A stretch of 64,000 bases of DNA from Octopus sinensis (Eukaryota), in the NCBI RefSeq assembly GCF_006345805.1, contig NC_042999.1, forward strand, positions 12,090,001 through 12,154,000. The letters are read 5' to 3'. Under the pieces are notes generated by a model that did not search any database, was not told where the DNA came from, and worked only from the letters and a program-made list of their open reading frames with translations. Every line of letters starts with the position of its first letter. Position 1 is the stretch's first letter. The position numbers were made by a program, and so were the translations under genes. This document shows positions 15,236 to 26,290 of the stretch, piece by piece.

Positions 15236-17591
15236 TACAACCATTCATAAAATATAAGATTAAAGAGTTTGAAAAGAATTCAAGCAACAATTTATTTTCT
15301 AAAGAATCTACAGGTTTAATGAAGAAAATCTTTTAAGTTATCTTTTCAAATATATTCAAGCAGACATTGGTACAAAAAGAGAACTCTTAGACATTTCAAT
15401 TTGAAACAAAACAAGCAACCATTAAATTCCAATTAAAGTAATAACATTTTTATTTTAAAGTAGAAAATAAATGTGAAGAGAGCAGAAGGAAAAGGTAAAT
15501 CAAGTTGAGAATTGCAAACAGTGATCAAACAATGAAACTTTTTGTACATGGAGGGTCCAACTAGATTAAATGAAGATTTCTCAGTGCAAGGAGAAACAAT
15601 GAAGTCTCTAGGTTGGTATAATAGAATTGTTTGTTCAAAGAAATTGAAGAAGCAGGGAAATCCTGAGATTCATTTTGTGATTAAAAGAAATAGAATAAAG
15701 GAACGAAAGAAAGGATGGATATCTAATAAATGAATATACAAGAATAAATAAAACAACATGACATGTCGTTTAATCTGAATACTGAAACAAATATGATTAG
15801 ATTGGCCATAGATCTCTTGCAGACAGTGACATGTACACATGCATGAGCATGCAACATACACAATGCAGAAACAACACACACACACACACTGTATATAAAC
15901 ACATCCACTGGTTCACATTATGTCCAATACAAGTGACTTGTCAAAATAAAGTTAAATAATACAAAAATAAAATTGTAGGAGAAAGTAAAAAAAAAAGAAT
16001 TTGAGCAGACAAGATGTCACCGAAAACAATCTTAACCGAGAGGTGTCCATTGACTGGAATACAACAATGCTACGACAAGTACTTTTTGAACCGTAAAGAA
16101 GAATTATTAAAATTCAGTCTGACAAGAAGTGCGTGCTGCTGTGGCGACCATCAATTGTCATGGGAAGTGACAGTTATCACTCACCTGATTTAATTAGGTT
16201 GGGAAAAAAAAACAATAAAAAGTTTAAAAGTGAAACTCTTTAAATTTTGAATTATCATCATCATCATCATCATCATCTTGTGAAACCACTACCCCACCCC
16301 CACCCCAAAGTGGCGAGCTGGCAGAATCGTTAGCATGTCGGATGAAATGGTGTTTTGCTCGTTGCTATGTTCTGAGCTCAAATTCTGCAGAGGTTGACTT
16401 TATCTTTCATCCTTTGGGGGTCAATAAAATAAATACCAGTTGAAAACTGGGGTCAATGTAACTGACTCACCCCCCCCCTCCAAATTGCTGCCCTTGTGGC
16501 AAAACTAGAAACCATTATTATAGTTGTTGTGAAAAGAACCTGCAAACAGAACTGTAGCAAGCAGGATATTGGATTTTTATAAAACAGTTGAATTGATTGA
16601 TTGAGTGAAAGTGTTTTACGAGGTAAAGCTTGGGAAACCTGTTGGCTGGGGACCACTTAAAGCCGGATGAAGAGGTTTAGATGGAGAAAGAAAAATGGAA
16701 CTTCAATGACGCTGAGAGTTTCAGAGTAAATGAAATATGTTACTAATGAATGTTAATTAGTGGTCATTCATAAACAAAGATGTCAGCAACTAAGAGATCT
16801 AAGTGATTGCCAAACATTTCTAGAAGGGACTTTAGTGAGTTAACTGTTAGGTACAAAAATTAATTGAAATTTGGGAAAATATAAATGGAGGGAATTAAAC
16901 AATTATTTCTAGTTTAAATTACACTTGGTTTCAGAAAAAAGAAAAAAATGACATTTCTTGTTAATGAAGGCAAGAGAGAATAATTCTCAAAGTTGACCTA
17001 GGCAGGATTTGAACTCAGACTGTAAAGAGTCAGAAATACTGCAAACATTCTGTCTGATGCACTTGTTTCTTCTGCCAACTGACTGCCTTTGATTATTTTT
17101 GTTGTTATTCTCTTGGAGACAATGTCTACTTTAAAAGAGGAAGAGAAATGTTTTATTAGAACTGGCCCCCATCCAGCATTGGTATAGCATTTATCAACAC
17201 AGAAGGGACGAAAGGTTAAGTCAATGATGGCCAGGATTCAACAGAGAAATGGGGTTGACTGAAAAAAGACCAGAAAACATTTCCTCAGCAGCTTTGGCCC
17301 TTTTTCTTCACCATTAACAACAGAAGCTAAAACTAACAATTTTCAATTTTAAAATCCAAACCTTTTGGTGGCTTTATCCCCCAAAATTGACGCCCATTTC
17401 ATTATCAGAAGCTAATTACACATAAGTAACGGTGAAACGACAGAATGGATGGCATCAATCGGATGATGCAGTTAGTCATCAAATACAAATTCATATCCGC
17501 AGCAGGGATTTTCATTGCAAACCTTCCGTTCAATATACCAGGCTTTTCTTAAAGAGAGATTTGTCTCATCTACTCAACACTAATGAATTTA

Positions 17592-18880
17592 TCAGGTCAT
17601 CCCATAAATTCTGTCCGATTTTATCTTTTTCAAAATTGAATGAAATTTTATAGTATTTTAGAATGTCTAATGGAATTTTTAAATATTTTAAAGCATTTGT
17701 GTACATTCAACTAATTAAATATTATTTTACAGAATAATAGAATTAAAATTTCTTTGATTAAAACTCTTTCTAACATGGAAGTATCCAAAGAGCATTTGAG
17801 GCACATAATGCTTTATGAGTACAAAAAAGGAAACTCTGCAGCTGACGCGACTCGAAACATACACTCAGTTTATGGGAAAGAATGTTTGAATGAAAGAACT
17901 TGCAGAAGATGGTTTGCAAAATTCAGAAGTGGAGATATCAGCCTTGAAGATGAAGACTGAACAGGACGTCCAGTTGAGTTTGATAATAAGCTCCTTGAGG
18001 CATTACTTGAAGAAAATTCTGCATTATCAGTTGAAGAATTGGCATTAAAGCTTAGTTCAAACCATACAACTGTTCATCGTCATCTTCAACAACTTGGAAA
18101 GGTTCCTAAACTTGGAAAATGGGTGCCTCATGAATTGTCCGAAAGCAACCGCAAATCCCGAGTTGACATCTGCTCTTCTCTCCATTCTCGCAAACTCATT
18201 TCACTCCTTTTGGATAGACTTGTGACTGGTGACAAAAAAATGGATCTTCTATTGAAATGTTAAATGCCGTAAACAGTGGCTTGGTAAAAGGGAAAAAGCT
18301 CAACCACAACTGAGAAGGGAACTTCATGGGAAAAAAGTTCTTCACTCTGTCTGATGGGATGGCAAAAGAGTATTTCACTTTGAATTGTTACCACCTAATG
18401 CAACAATCAATGCTCAAGTCTACTGTCAGCAATTATAGTGTTTGAACAAAACTTTGAAGAAAAAAAGACGTGCTTTAGTGAATTGAAAAGGAATGATGTT
18501 TCATCAGGACAATGCGCAACCCCCACACTGCAAAGATCACATCACAGAAGATCAAAGAGCTTGATTGGGAAAAAAGTCCTCATCCACCTTATTCTCCTAA
18601 CCTTGCTCCTTCAGACTACCATTTGTTTCGTAGTTTACAGAATCATTTGGGGGACATAACTTTCTCAAGCCAGGAGGAGGTCGGAACAGACATTTCAGAG
18701 TTCTTCGCTTTCAAACCAAAAGAGTTTTACATTGATGGGATTAAAAAACTTCTAAATAGATGAAAGGAAGTCATAGATAATCAGGAAAAGTACATTGATG
18801 ATTAAATTCCAATTAGATATAACATTTGATCACTTGTTTTCTTTATTCAAAATTTGGACAGAACTTATAAGATGACCTGG
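17592..18880 (+). mobile_element. Mariner element, full length (~1.29 kb), pseudogenised transposase 17775-18805
   Basis: TIRs caggtcatcccataaattctgtcc / caggtcatcttataagttctgtcc. Protein MEVSKEHLRHIMLYEYKKG...WVPHEL...VTGD...HQDNA...HPPYSPNLAPSDYHLFRSLQN with several stops and frameshifts. Confidence 0.95.
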
Positions 18881-19389
18881 CTTAACAAGAAAACTATTGT
18901 GGCTTATGAAGACATCTGTGATTCAATCATGAAAGCTTTGAGACAAGTAGATTTAACTGTGGAGCAATACAAGAACAATGCAAAGCTTGCAAAGGAAATT
19001 CCAACATCTGCATGGGTTTATATAAAGCATTATAAGTTGTTTTATTGAGGCTGGTGGAATGATGGACTGCCAAATGAAATCCTTTACAGAATTTAAGTGG
19101 ATTTCATTACATGCGGGGGTGGTGGTGGTGGGGGGGTTCTAAGGTTGAGAAAATAATTAGCAGTGAAGATCTAGGATTGATTAAACAATTAATTATAGTG
19201 ACTCTGCACTCATCAAAATGTGTTATTTTGCCAATAATGGATGTATTTTATTTAATTAATGAAATATAAGTCGAAATCATTACTGTAACAATCTCTAAGA
19301 TAGATTTCTTTAATGTTTGTCATTATTTGTGTTAATGATAATAGTTGAAACTGGATATATATATATATATATTATATATATATATATAT

Positions 19390-19421
<32 letters not shown>

Positions 19422-19432
19422 TTATATATATC

Positions 19433-19925
19433 ATCATCGTTTAACATCCGTTTTCCATGCTGGCATAGGTTGGACGGTTCGAGTGGGGTCTGGGAAGCCA
19501 GGAAGCTGCACCAGGCTCCAGTCTGATCTGGCAGTGTTTCTACAGTTGGATGCCCATCCTAACGCCAACAACTCCGAGAGTGTAGTGGGTGCTTTTTTAC
19601 ATGCCACTGGCACAGGGGCCAGAGGGGGCTGGCTTCAGTCACATTCAGGTGGTGCTTTTTACGTACCACTGGCACAGAAGCCAGTCAAAGAAGCGCTGGC
19701 ATTGGTCACATTCGGGTGGTGCTTTTTACGTACCACTGGCACAGGGATCACAACTACGATTTCCATTTGATTGTGATTTGATTTGATTTTGATGTACTTG
19801 ACTCAATAGGTCTCCTCAAGCACGGCATGTCATCCTATGAACCAAGGTACTTTTTGAGTGGGCTGGTTACGCAACACAGGTGAAGGTTACAACTGTGAAC
19901 TCACTTTATTTGCCGGGTCTTCTCA
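19433..19925 (-). mobile_element. RTE-derived 3' tail element with ~60-65-bp internal repeats
   Basis: Same catcatcgtttaacatccgttttccatgctggcat head and three gtgcttttt(t)ac...ccactggcacag units. Confidence 0.75.
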
Positions 19926-20213
19926 TGATCTGAGGATTCCGACAGAATCAGGTACTCGAAAAGGTATGCACCAAGAAGGGTTGGGTAATGTCTGTGGTTC
20001 CAGCCTATGGTTGGTGAGAGTCAAAATATCAGATAGGATATTTCGGTTGTGTACACAGAGAAAAACCAACCGCACAAGTATTTAGCACCTAAGGGGCTGG
20101 TTCAAATTATGCGTAAAGTATGTTGTTGGTATAATCTAGGGTGTCTGACAAGTCATAATTCCCTCGGTGTATTATAATTAAATGAAGAATAACAAACAAT
20201 GGATGATTGTCAG

Positions 20214-20298
20214 CGCATTACAGCTGTTTCCTACGAAACGCTTTAATTGAAGAATGAGACCATTCCTTCATTCTAAAAGACTGTAATCATCAGATATT
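20214..20298 (-). ncRNA. Hammerhead-like motif with long stem II
   Basis: Minus strand tat-CTGATGA-ttac...(~58 nt irregular hairpin)...gtag-GAAAC-AGCT-GTA-atg, with palindromic AGCT in stem III. Stem I is weak in this copy. Confidence 0.45.
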
Positions 20299-20496
20299 CT
20301 TTTATCTGGTGAAATTACTTATCTCATGATTATGGTCTCTTATAATGATGTAATGTTCTCATCATCATCATCATCATCATTTAGTTCTCATTCTTCTATT
20401 AAAAGTTACATAAGAAACAGCTGTAATGAGCTGACAATTACCCATCGTATCTTGCTATTATACATACATACATACATATATATATATATATACATA

Positions 20497-20929
20497 CATC
20501 ATCATCATCATCATCATTTAACGTCCGCTTTCCATGCTAGCATGGGTTGGACGGTTCAACTGGGGTCTGGGGAGCCCGAAGGCTGCACCAGGCCAGTCAG
20601 ATCTGGCAGTGTTTCTACAGCTGGATGCCCTTCCTAACGCCAACCACTCCGAGAGTGTAGTGGGTGATTTTATGTGCCACCGACACAGGTGCCAGACGAG
20701 GCTGGCGAACGGCCACGCTCGGATGGTGTTTTTATGTGCCACCGACACAGGTGCCAGACGAAGCTGGCGAACGGCCACGCTCGGATGGTGTTTTTATGTG
20801 CCACCGACACAGGTGCCAGACACGGCTGGCAGATGACCACGCTCGGATGGTGTTTTTATGTGCCACTGACACAGGTGCCAGACAAGGCTGGCAGACGACC
20901 ACGCTCGGATGGTGTTTTTATGTGCCACC
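20497..20929 (-). mobile_element. RTE-derived 3' tail element with internal 62-bp VNTR
   Basis: (CAT)n-ttaacgtccgctttccatgctagcatgggttggacgg... (reverse of an (ATG)n-tailed 3' UTR) followed by 4 full units and one partial unit of a 62-bp repeat (tatgtgcc starts at 20671, 20733, 20795, 20857, 20919). Confidence 0.8.
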
Positions 20930-22099
20930 GGTTAAACTGTCGGTTGTCCAAATTTAGCCAAATGCGTTTTTTTCTCAATATTTAATTTTGTTTGCAATAG
21001 CCGGTTCTTTTGGTCAAACTGTCGTATCTCCAGCTGCTTCAGATGCCAAGATATGAAAATTGTAAAAAGTGTAGTAAGTCCCACATAGGAAAGTTTTGCA
21101 AAAATATTTCTGACTGAAAATATCATTCATGCATGGAATTACAATTTTATGCACCCAACAAACTATTAATGTTCAGCTGAAATTGTTGCTAATGTAAAAA
21201 GAAACTGAATGGTGAAACTATTCTTTCATTTTCTGAAAAAGCAATGTTTTGGACTTATGACAGACACTTTTGCATAATAGCAACAATCTATATATATATA
21301 TATATATAATATAATAAATGTGAAAACTAATTTGTGTGTCAGTGTGTCACACTTCTACCCCCCCTCACTATTCATTGACACTCCTACTATTGCTCATGTT
21401 GGGGTGAGAGTAATAGTAGGCAGAGACATGGTTGTAGATTGGTGGTTGTGATGGTGATGGGGTGATAGTATAAGTATGAGCTGTAGCTGTGATAGAGGCG
21501 GAGGTGGGGGCTGAAGTAGTCAGGGACAATGGTGAAAGACATTGGTGATGGTGGAAGATGGGAAGGTGGAAAAGTCAAAGGTAGTGGTGGTGGCATCAAA
21601 AGTCTGAATGATGCATGTATGGCAGCTGTGGTGGTGAGGGTTGAAAACAATTGAGAGAGAGAGAGAGAAAAGGAAAGAGGTTAGTCAGAAAAAAAAATTG
21701 TACTGATCCCTGAATGAGGAAAACAAAAAATGTTATTTATCTTGCAGCTTTGCAATAAGTTCCAAGTTGACAAATTATATAAATGTTTTGATGAAAACTG
21801 TTCATTACTTGAGAAATATTGGTGAAGTTTAATAAAATTGAATATGTACTCAATGCATGATGTTGAGCCGAAGACCCAATGAAGAGCCCTCCACAGGAGC
21901 TAGCTTAAAAGCCATCTGATAGTATATATAGATAGGAAGATGCGTGATAAACGTAAGATGCAGTTTATACCATTTGTTCCCTGCACAGGTTTCAGCGTTG
22001 TGGTTATTTGCATTGTTTGCAGTGGGTGTTCATAATGCGATTGGATGCAAATCATGTTGACACAAATCAAATGATTTACACACACAAAGTGTGTGTGCG

Positions 22100-22454
22100 C
22101 ATGTGTGTGTCTTTGTGCCTGCGTTGTCCACCACCACCAGACAACTGGTGTTGGTGTGTTTACATCCATGTAACTTAGTGGTTCGGTTAAAATAACTGAT
22201 AAAATAAGTGCCAGGCTTTAAAAAAAGAAAGGAGCCCTGGGGTCAATTCGTTCAAGGCACTGCCCCAGTATGGCTGTGGCCTAATGACTGAGACAAGTAA
22301 AAGGTACACACATATATATCTGTGTGGTAAGAAGCCTGCTTCCCAACCACATGACTCTGGGTTCAGTCCCACCTTGGGTAAACGTCTTTTACTATAGCCT
22401 CGGGCCAACCAAAGCCTTGTGAGTGGATTTGGTAGACGGAAACTGAAAGAAGCC

Positions 22455-22494
<40 letters not shown>

Positions 22495-22965
22495 CTAAAC
22501 TCAACTAAAAACTCTTCAAGGCAGTGCTCCAGCATGGCTCCAGTCTAATGACTGAAAGGAGTAAAACATAAAAGATATATATTCAGGTGCAGTGATGGGT
22601 GTGTGGTTAAGAAGCTTGCATTGCAACCACATGGTTTCAGGTTCAGTCCCACTTCATGGCATCTTGGGCAAGTATTTCCTACTAAAGCCCCAGGTCAACC
22701 AGTGCCTTGTGAATGAATTTGGTAGATGAAAACCTGTTGTAAGACATACATGCGTGTGTACACCTACTCTCTTCAATGTTTGACAGCGCTGGTTTGTTCA
22801 CATCCCTGTAACTTAGCAGTTCAACAAAAACAGACTAACAGAATAAGTATCAGACTTTAAAAAAAAAAAGTGCCACAGTCAATTTGTTTGACTAAACCTT
22901 TCAAGGCAGTGCCCCAGCATGGCCTCAGTCTATAAAGACTGAAACAAATAAAAAGAAAAAGTCTT
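22100..22965 (+). mobile_element. Head-to-tail run of three copies of the abundant tRNA/CORE-like SINE family
   Basis: Repeated tgtgtggtaagaagcttgc...ggttcagtccc...ttgggcaagt...tactatagcc...ggtagacggaaactgaaagaagccc-(GT)n-...cttcaaggc...ccagcatggc...gactgaaaca modules. The first copy lacks its head. Further copies lie at ~9395-9660, 12480-12690, 59825-60155 (+) and 7230-7360, 7980-8090, 11770-11920, 45375-45545, 48240-48395, 49565-49730, 51360-51715 (-). Confidence 0.8.
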
Positions 22966-24379
22966 TATACAAAACAAAAAAAAGACCAAACAGTAAATAA
23001 CATCTGTGTAAGATCAGATTTATATTTTGGGAAGTAATGGCTCCTACTGCTTCTTCTAAGTTGTTTTAGTAGGACAGCAGAGTTTGCAGAGATAAGAGAT
23101 TGGGCTTGGGTTTTGTTTTTAAGTTTGTTGCTTTGTTTTTTGTCTGTTTTTCTCTCTCTCTCTCTCTCTCTCTCAGAGCAAGGGAAAGGCTGCTTGTGAT
23201 TGGGCAACTGGTTTGCCAGTTACCCAATCACATAAAAACAAACAAACAGGCATGAGTCAGAGAAGGATGTTCCTTCAGCAGCAACCATTGGGGAGTGAAA
23301 ATGTAATAATAAGGGAGTGAAAGGTGGTGGTGGTGGTGGAAGAGAGTGGTAGCCTGCTGACCTATTCCAAAACACCTCTGCCAATCCCTTTCTTCAAACA
23401 GAATCCACTAAAATGAATGAGGTGGTTGCTGAGGGGTGGATGGGCAGGGAGAGGAAGTAGGTAGAAGGAGGAGGAGGGACAGACAGCACCAAACAAACCA
23501 CTTCAGAGACGTCTTTTTTTCTTTTCGTAACCTATAAGACAATCTCTTTTTACAGAAGATAAAGATGAAGGGATAATGTTCCTGAAAGTCTTTTTATAGC
23601 AGCAACAATCACAAACTGTGAAAACAAAATCAAAATACAGGGAATGCTTATCTGACAATAAACCCCACCACGACCATCACCATCACAAGTATAGGAAGGG
23701 GTTATGAAGAAAACTCCCAGTGACATTTTCATAGATATATCTTGACAAAGATCATGATATAATATTAAAAACTTTTCCCTTCATATCATTATCATTATAT
23801 TTAAAACTTTATCACCCCCCCCCCGGGTGAGAAAGTTTTTGTCTGAGTAGCCTATTTCATGTTACCTACTGGTAATAGTAGTGCTGCTACTACTACTACT
23901 ACTACTACTACCGCTGATCATTTTCTCTGCTGCATGCTGTTAATGTTTCAAATTTAATCATTTCTAAATGAGTCACCTATCCCCCCCCCCAACACCTCTC
24001 TAGAGTTCTTCCTTGTCAATAAAAGTTTGATAGAGGTCAAGTTAACCCGGATTGCATGGCAGCTTCTTTACACACAATGCTGATACCATTAGCTATTTTT
24101 GGTAAAGATAACATATATATACATCCTCCTCCTCCTTTAACATCCGTTTTTCCTTGTTGGCATGGGTTAGGGTTGTTTGACAGGAACTGGCTGGGCAGAG
24201 CGCTCCACCCGGCTCTAGTGGTCTGTTTTAGCATCATTTTCATGGTAGGATGCCCTTCCTAACACCACCCATTTTACTGAGTATACAGAGTGTTTTTCAT
24301 GTGACGCCAGGAGAGGAGCTTTTTAATGAGACACCAGCACCATACGTGTGTGTGTGTATATATAATTAATTTTTTTTAA

Positions 24380-25439
24380 ATGGAGGAAAAAAACAACAAT
24401 GCAAGAATGTGGTACATGCAAAGTATTGATAAGACGCTCAGAGAAGGAAAGAGTGGTTGTTTTATGTTTTGAGCAAAGCTCTTCTTTGGAAACAGGAGAC
24501 GTGAGAGAGTCCAGAAGAAAAGAAAAATTAGGTTCTCAGAGGCACAGGTGAAACTAGTTTTAATTGTGAACCTCTGTCCTTGTTTGAAAAGGAAATCCGA
24601 GCCTTCAAGTAGGTTGGGGCAGGTTCCACAGTTTGGGCGTCCACATTTTTCAACCATTGGTTTCGTGGTTGTTTTGTAAAGCTTTGCATTTATTATAGTC
24701 TCTTTAACGATTTGTGTTGCCTTTAGCATTTGATGAGTTTGTGTGTTTTCAGGATGTCGTTCATTTTTGGATCTCTAGTTAGTAAAGGAAGAGTTTGCAC
24801 AATAGTGTTGTATGCCTCACTGTTTCTGGGATTGTGTGTTGATATAAAAAGTAATGTTTTGGTTTGAGGTGTGGTGTTATGTTTTGTTGTTCTTAGTGTT
24901 TTTGTGTCTAATTGTTTGGCACGTTTAATTCCCTCGTCGATAAGTGAGGGTGGATATTGTCTTTCAGTAAGTGTTGTTTCGAGGTCTTGAAGACGAAGGT
25001 CCCGAGTTGTTCTATTAGACACTATTGTGCAAATCCTTTTTGCCAAATTGAAAGGGATATTTATTTTGATGTATTTCAGGTGCCATGAGTTAAAGAGGAA
25101 ATATTGTTTTGAGTCAGTTTGGTTTATAATAGATATCAGTTATGATTTGATTGTTGACTTTTTTTTTATCCTGATGTCTAAAAATGGGAGTTATTCCATT
25201 GTGAATTGAATGTTACTATTTATGTCATTTAGTGTTGATTTGAAATCCAAAAGTTTGTCGATGTTCTCCTTCCAAATGATAAAACAGTCATCCAGATATC
25301 TTTTCCAATTTTCTCTTATGTACAGGTAAAATGGGTAACCATATTTCTGAAGTGATACTTCATATAAAGTGGATTCAAAATAACCCATTATTAGGTTCGC
25401 AAGAACAGGGGCTGCTTTTGTTCCCATCGCAATTCCTTT
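24380..25439 (-). mobile_element. Penelope-like element fragment (RT C-terminal half, linker, start of GIY-YIG region, terminal region)
   Basis: ORF pieces GIAMGTKAAPVLANLIMG...WKRYLDD...IQFTME, then PFNLAKRICTIVS...QYP, then KCGRPNCGTCP...FTCASENLI. These are PLE RT motifs (GxAMG, RYxDD) and the Cys-rich linker before the GIY-YIG domain. Several stops and frameshifts; most of the GIY-YIG domain is missing. Confidence 0.9.
24456..24494 (-). ncRNA. Decayed hammerhead relic at the PLE terminus
   Basis: Minus strand tgttt-CCAAAGA-a-gagc-ttt-gctc-AAAAC-ATA-aaaca. Stems I and II are intact. The core differs from CTGAAGA...GAAAC-GTA at 4 positions, two of them CpG-type transitions. Confidence 0.55.
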
Positions 25440-25595
25440 ACTAACTAGAGATCCAAAAATGAATGACATCTTAACAACGCAAAAAAAAAATCATCAAATG
25501 CAAAAAGCAACACAAATTGCTAAAGAGACTACTAACAAATGCGAAGCTTTACAAAACAACTATGACACCAACGGTTAATAAATGTGGACGCCCAA
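25433..25595 (+). mobile_element. Inverted duplicate of PLE segment 24633-24790 at the 5'-truncation point
   Basis: Plus-strand ttcctttactaactagagatccaaaaatgaa...aaatgtggacgcccaa matches the reverse complement of 24633-24790 at roughly 85% (by eye). Confidence 0.85.
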
Positions 25596-25599
25596 GGGC

Positions 25600-25860
25600 C
25601 AACACATGGAGGGAGTTCGGTCACTTTCTCTCCATGAGGCCCAATGCTTGAAAGGAACTCAGCTACCTCGCCTCTGTGACACCTGTTTGAAAGTAACTCG
25701 GCCACCTCGCCTCCATGAGGCCCAGCACTCAAAAGGAACTCGGCCACCTCGCCTCCATGAGGCCCAGCACTCAAAAGGAACTCAGCCACCTCACCTCCAT
25801 GAGGCCCAGCACTCGAAAGGAACTCAACCACTTTGCCTTTGTGAGACCCAGGAGCTCAGC
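25600..25860. repeat. About six copies of a 42-bp unit related to the RTE ORF-end/UTR junction
   Basis: Unit gccacctcgcctccatgaggcccagcactcaaaaggaactc(g/a). Its reverse resembles ttttgagtgctgggcttcatagaggc at 26479, part of the RTE tail family. Confidence 0.8.
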
Positions 25861-25889
25861 CACATGTATCTTCACATGTTAACAATTTT

Positions 25890-26290
25890 GTAATAAAATG
25901 CAGATGGCTGGCTGGCTGGTTGGATCCTCCGAACTTTCAAAACAAGAGAAAAGGGGACAATGATGGTCCTTTGGAGGGTATACATCCTCAGCTGCTTGGA
26001 CTACTGCTCCCAACTATGGTCACCACACAATATAAAATTCATGGTGGAACTTGAAGCAATCCAACAAATCTACACTAAGAAAATGATCTTAATGCAATGT
26101 ATCAGCTCCTGGGAAAGACCGAAAGAATTAAAACTCTTCTCCCAAGAACAAAAGTGGGAAAGATATGCAGTGATATACATCCGGAAAATCCTGGAAGGCC
26201 TTGTACCAAAAACTCTGGCACTGAAAGTTACATAAACAGCAGAATGGGGAACCACTGCAGGAAACACAGATGAAGACAGCAGCATCAAAC
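25890..26290 (+). mobile_element. Degenerate CR1/L2-type LINE RT C-terminal fragment
   Basis: GWILRTFKTREKGTMMVLWRVYILSCLDYCSQLWSPH...ELEAIQ...YAVIYIRKILEGLVP. Confidence 0.75.

Noticed and set aside
18881-19048. ORF LNKKTIVAYEDICDSIMKALRQ...AWVYIKHY as a host exon
   Set aside because: Its start lies in the mariner TIR, it has no splice context, and it resembles a decayed LINE linker region.
20534-20985. Repetitive ORFs (CATDTGARR...) as a repeat protein
   Set aside because: They are open in several frames only because of the 62-bp VNTR within an RTE tail; there are no splice or homology signals.
25532-25893. 14-aa repeat ORFs on both strands
   Set aside because: A by-product of the 42-bp tandem unit derived from a retroelement tail.
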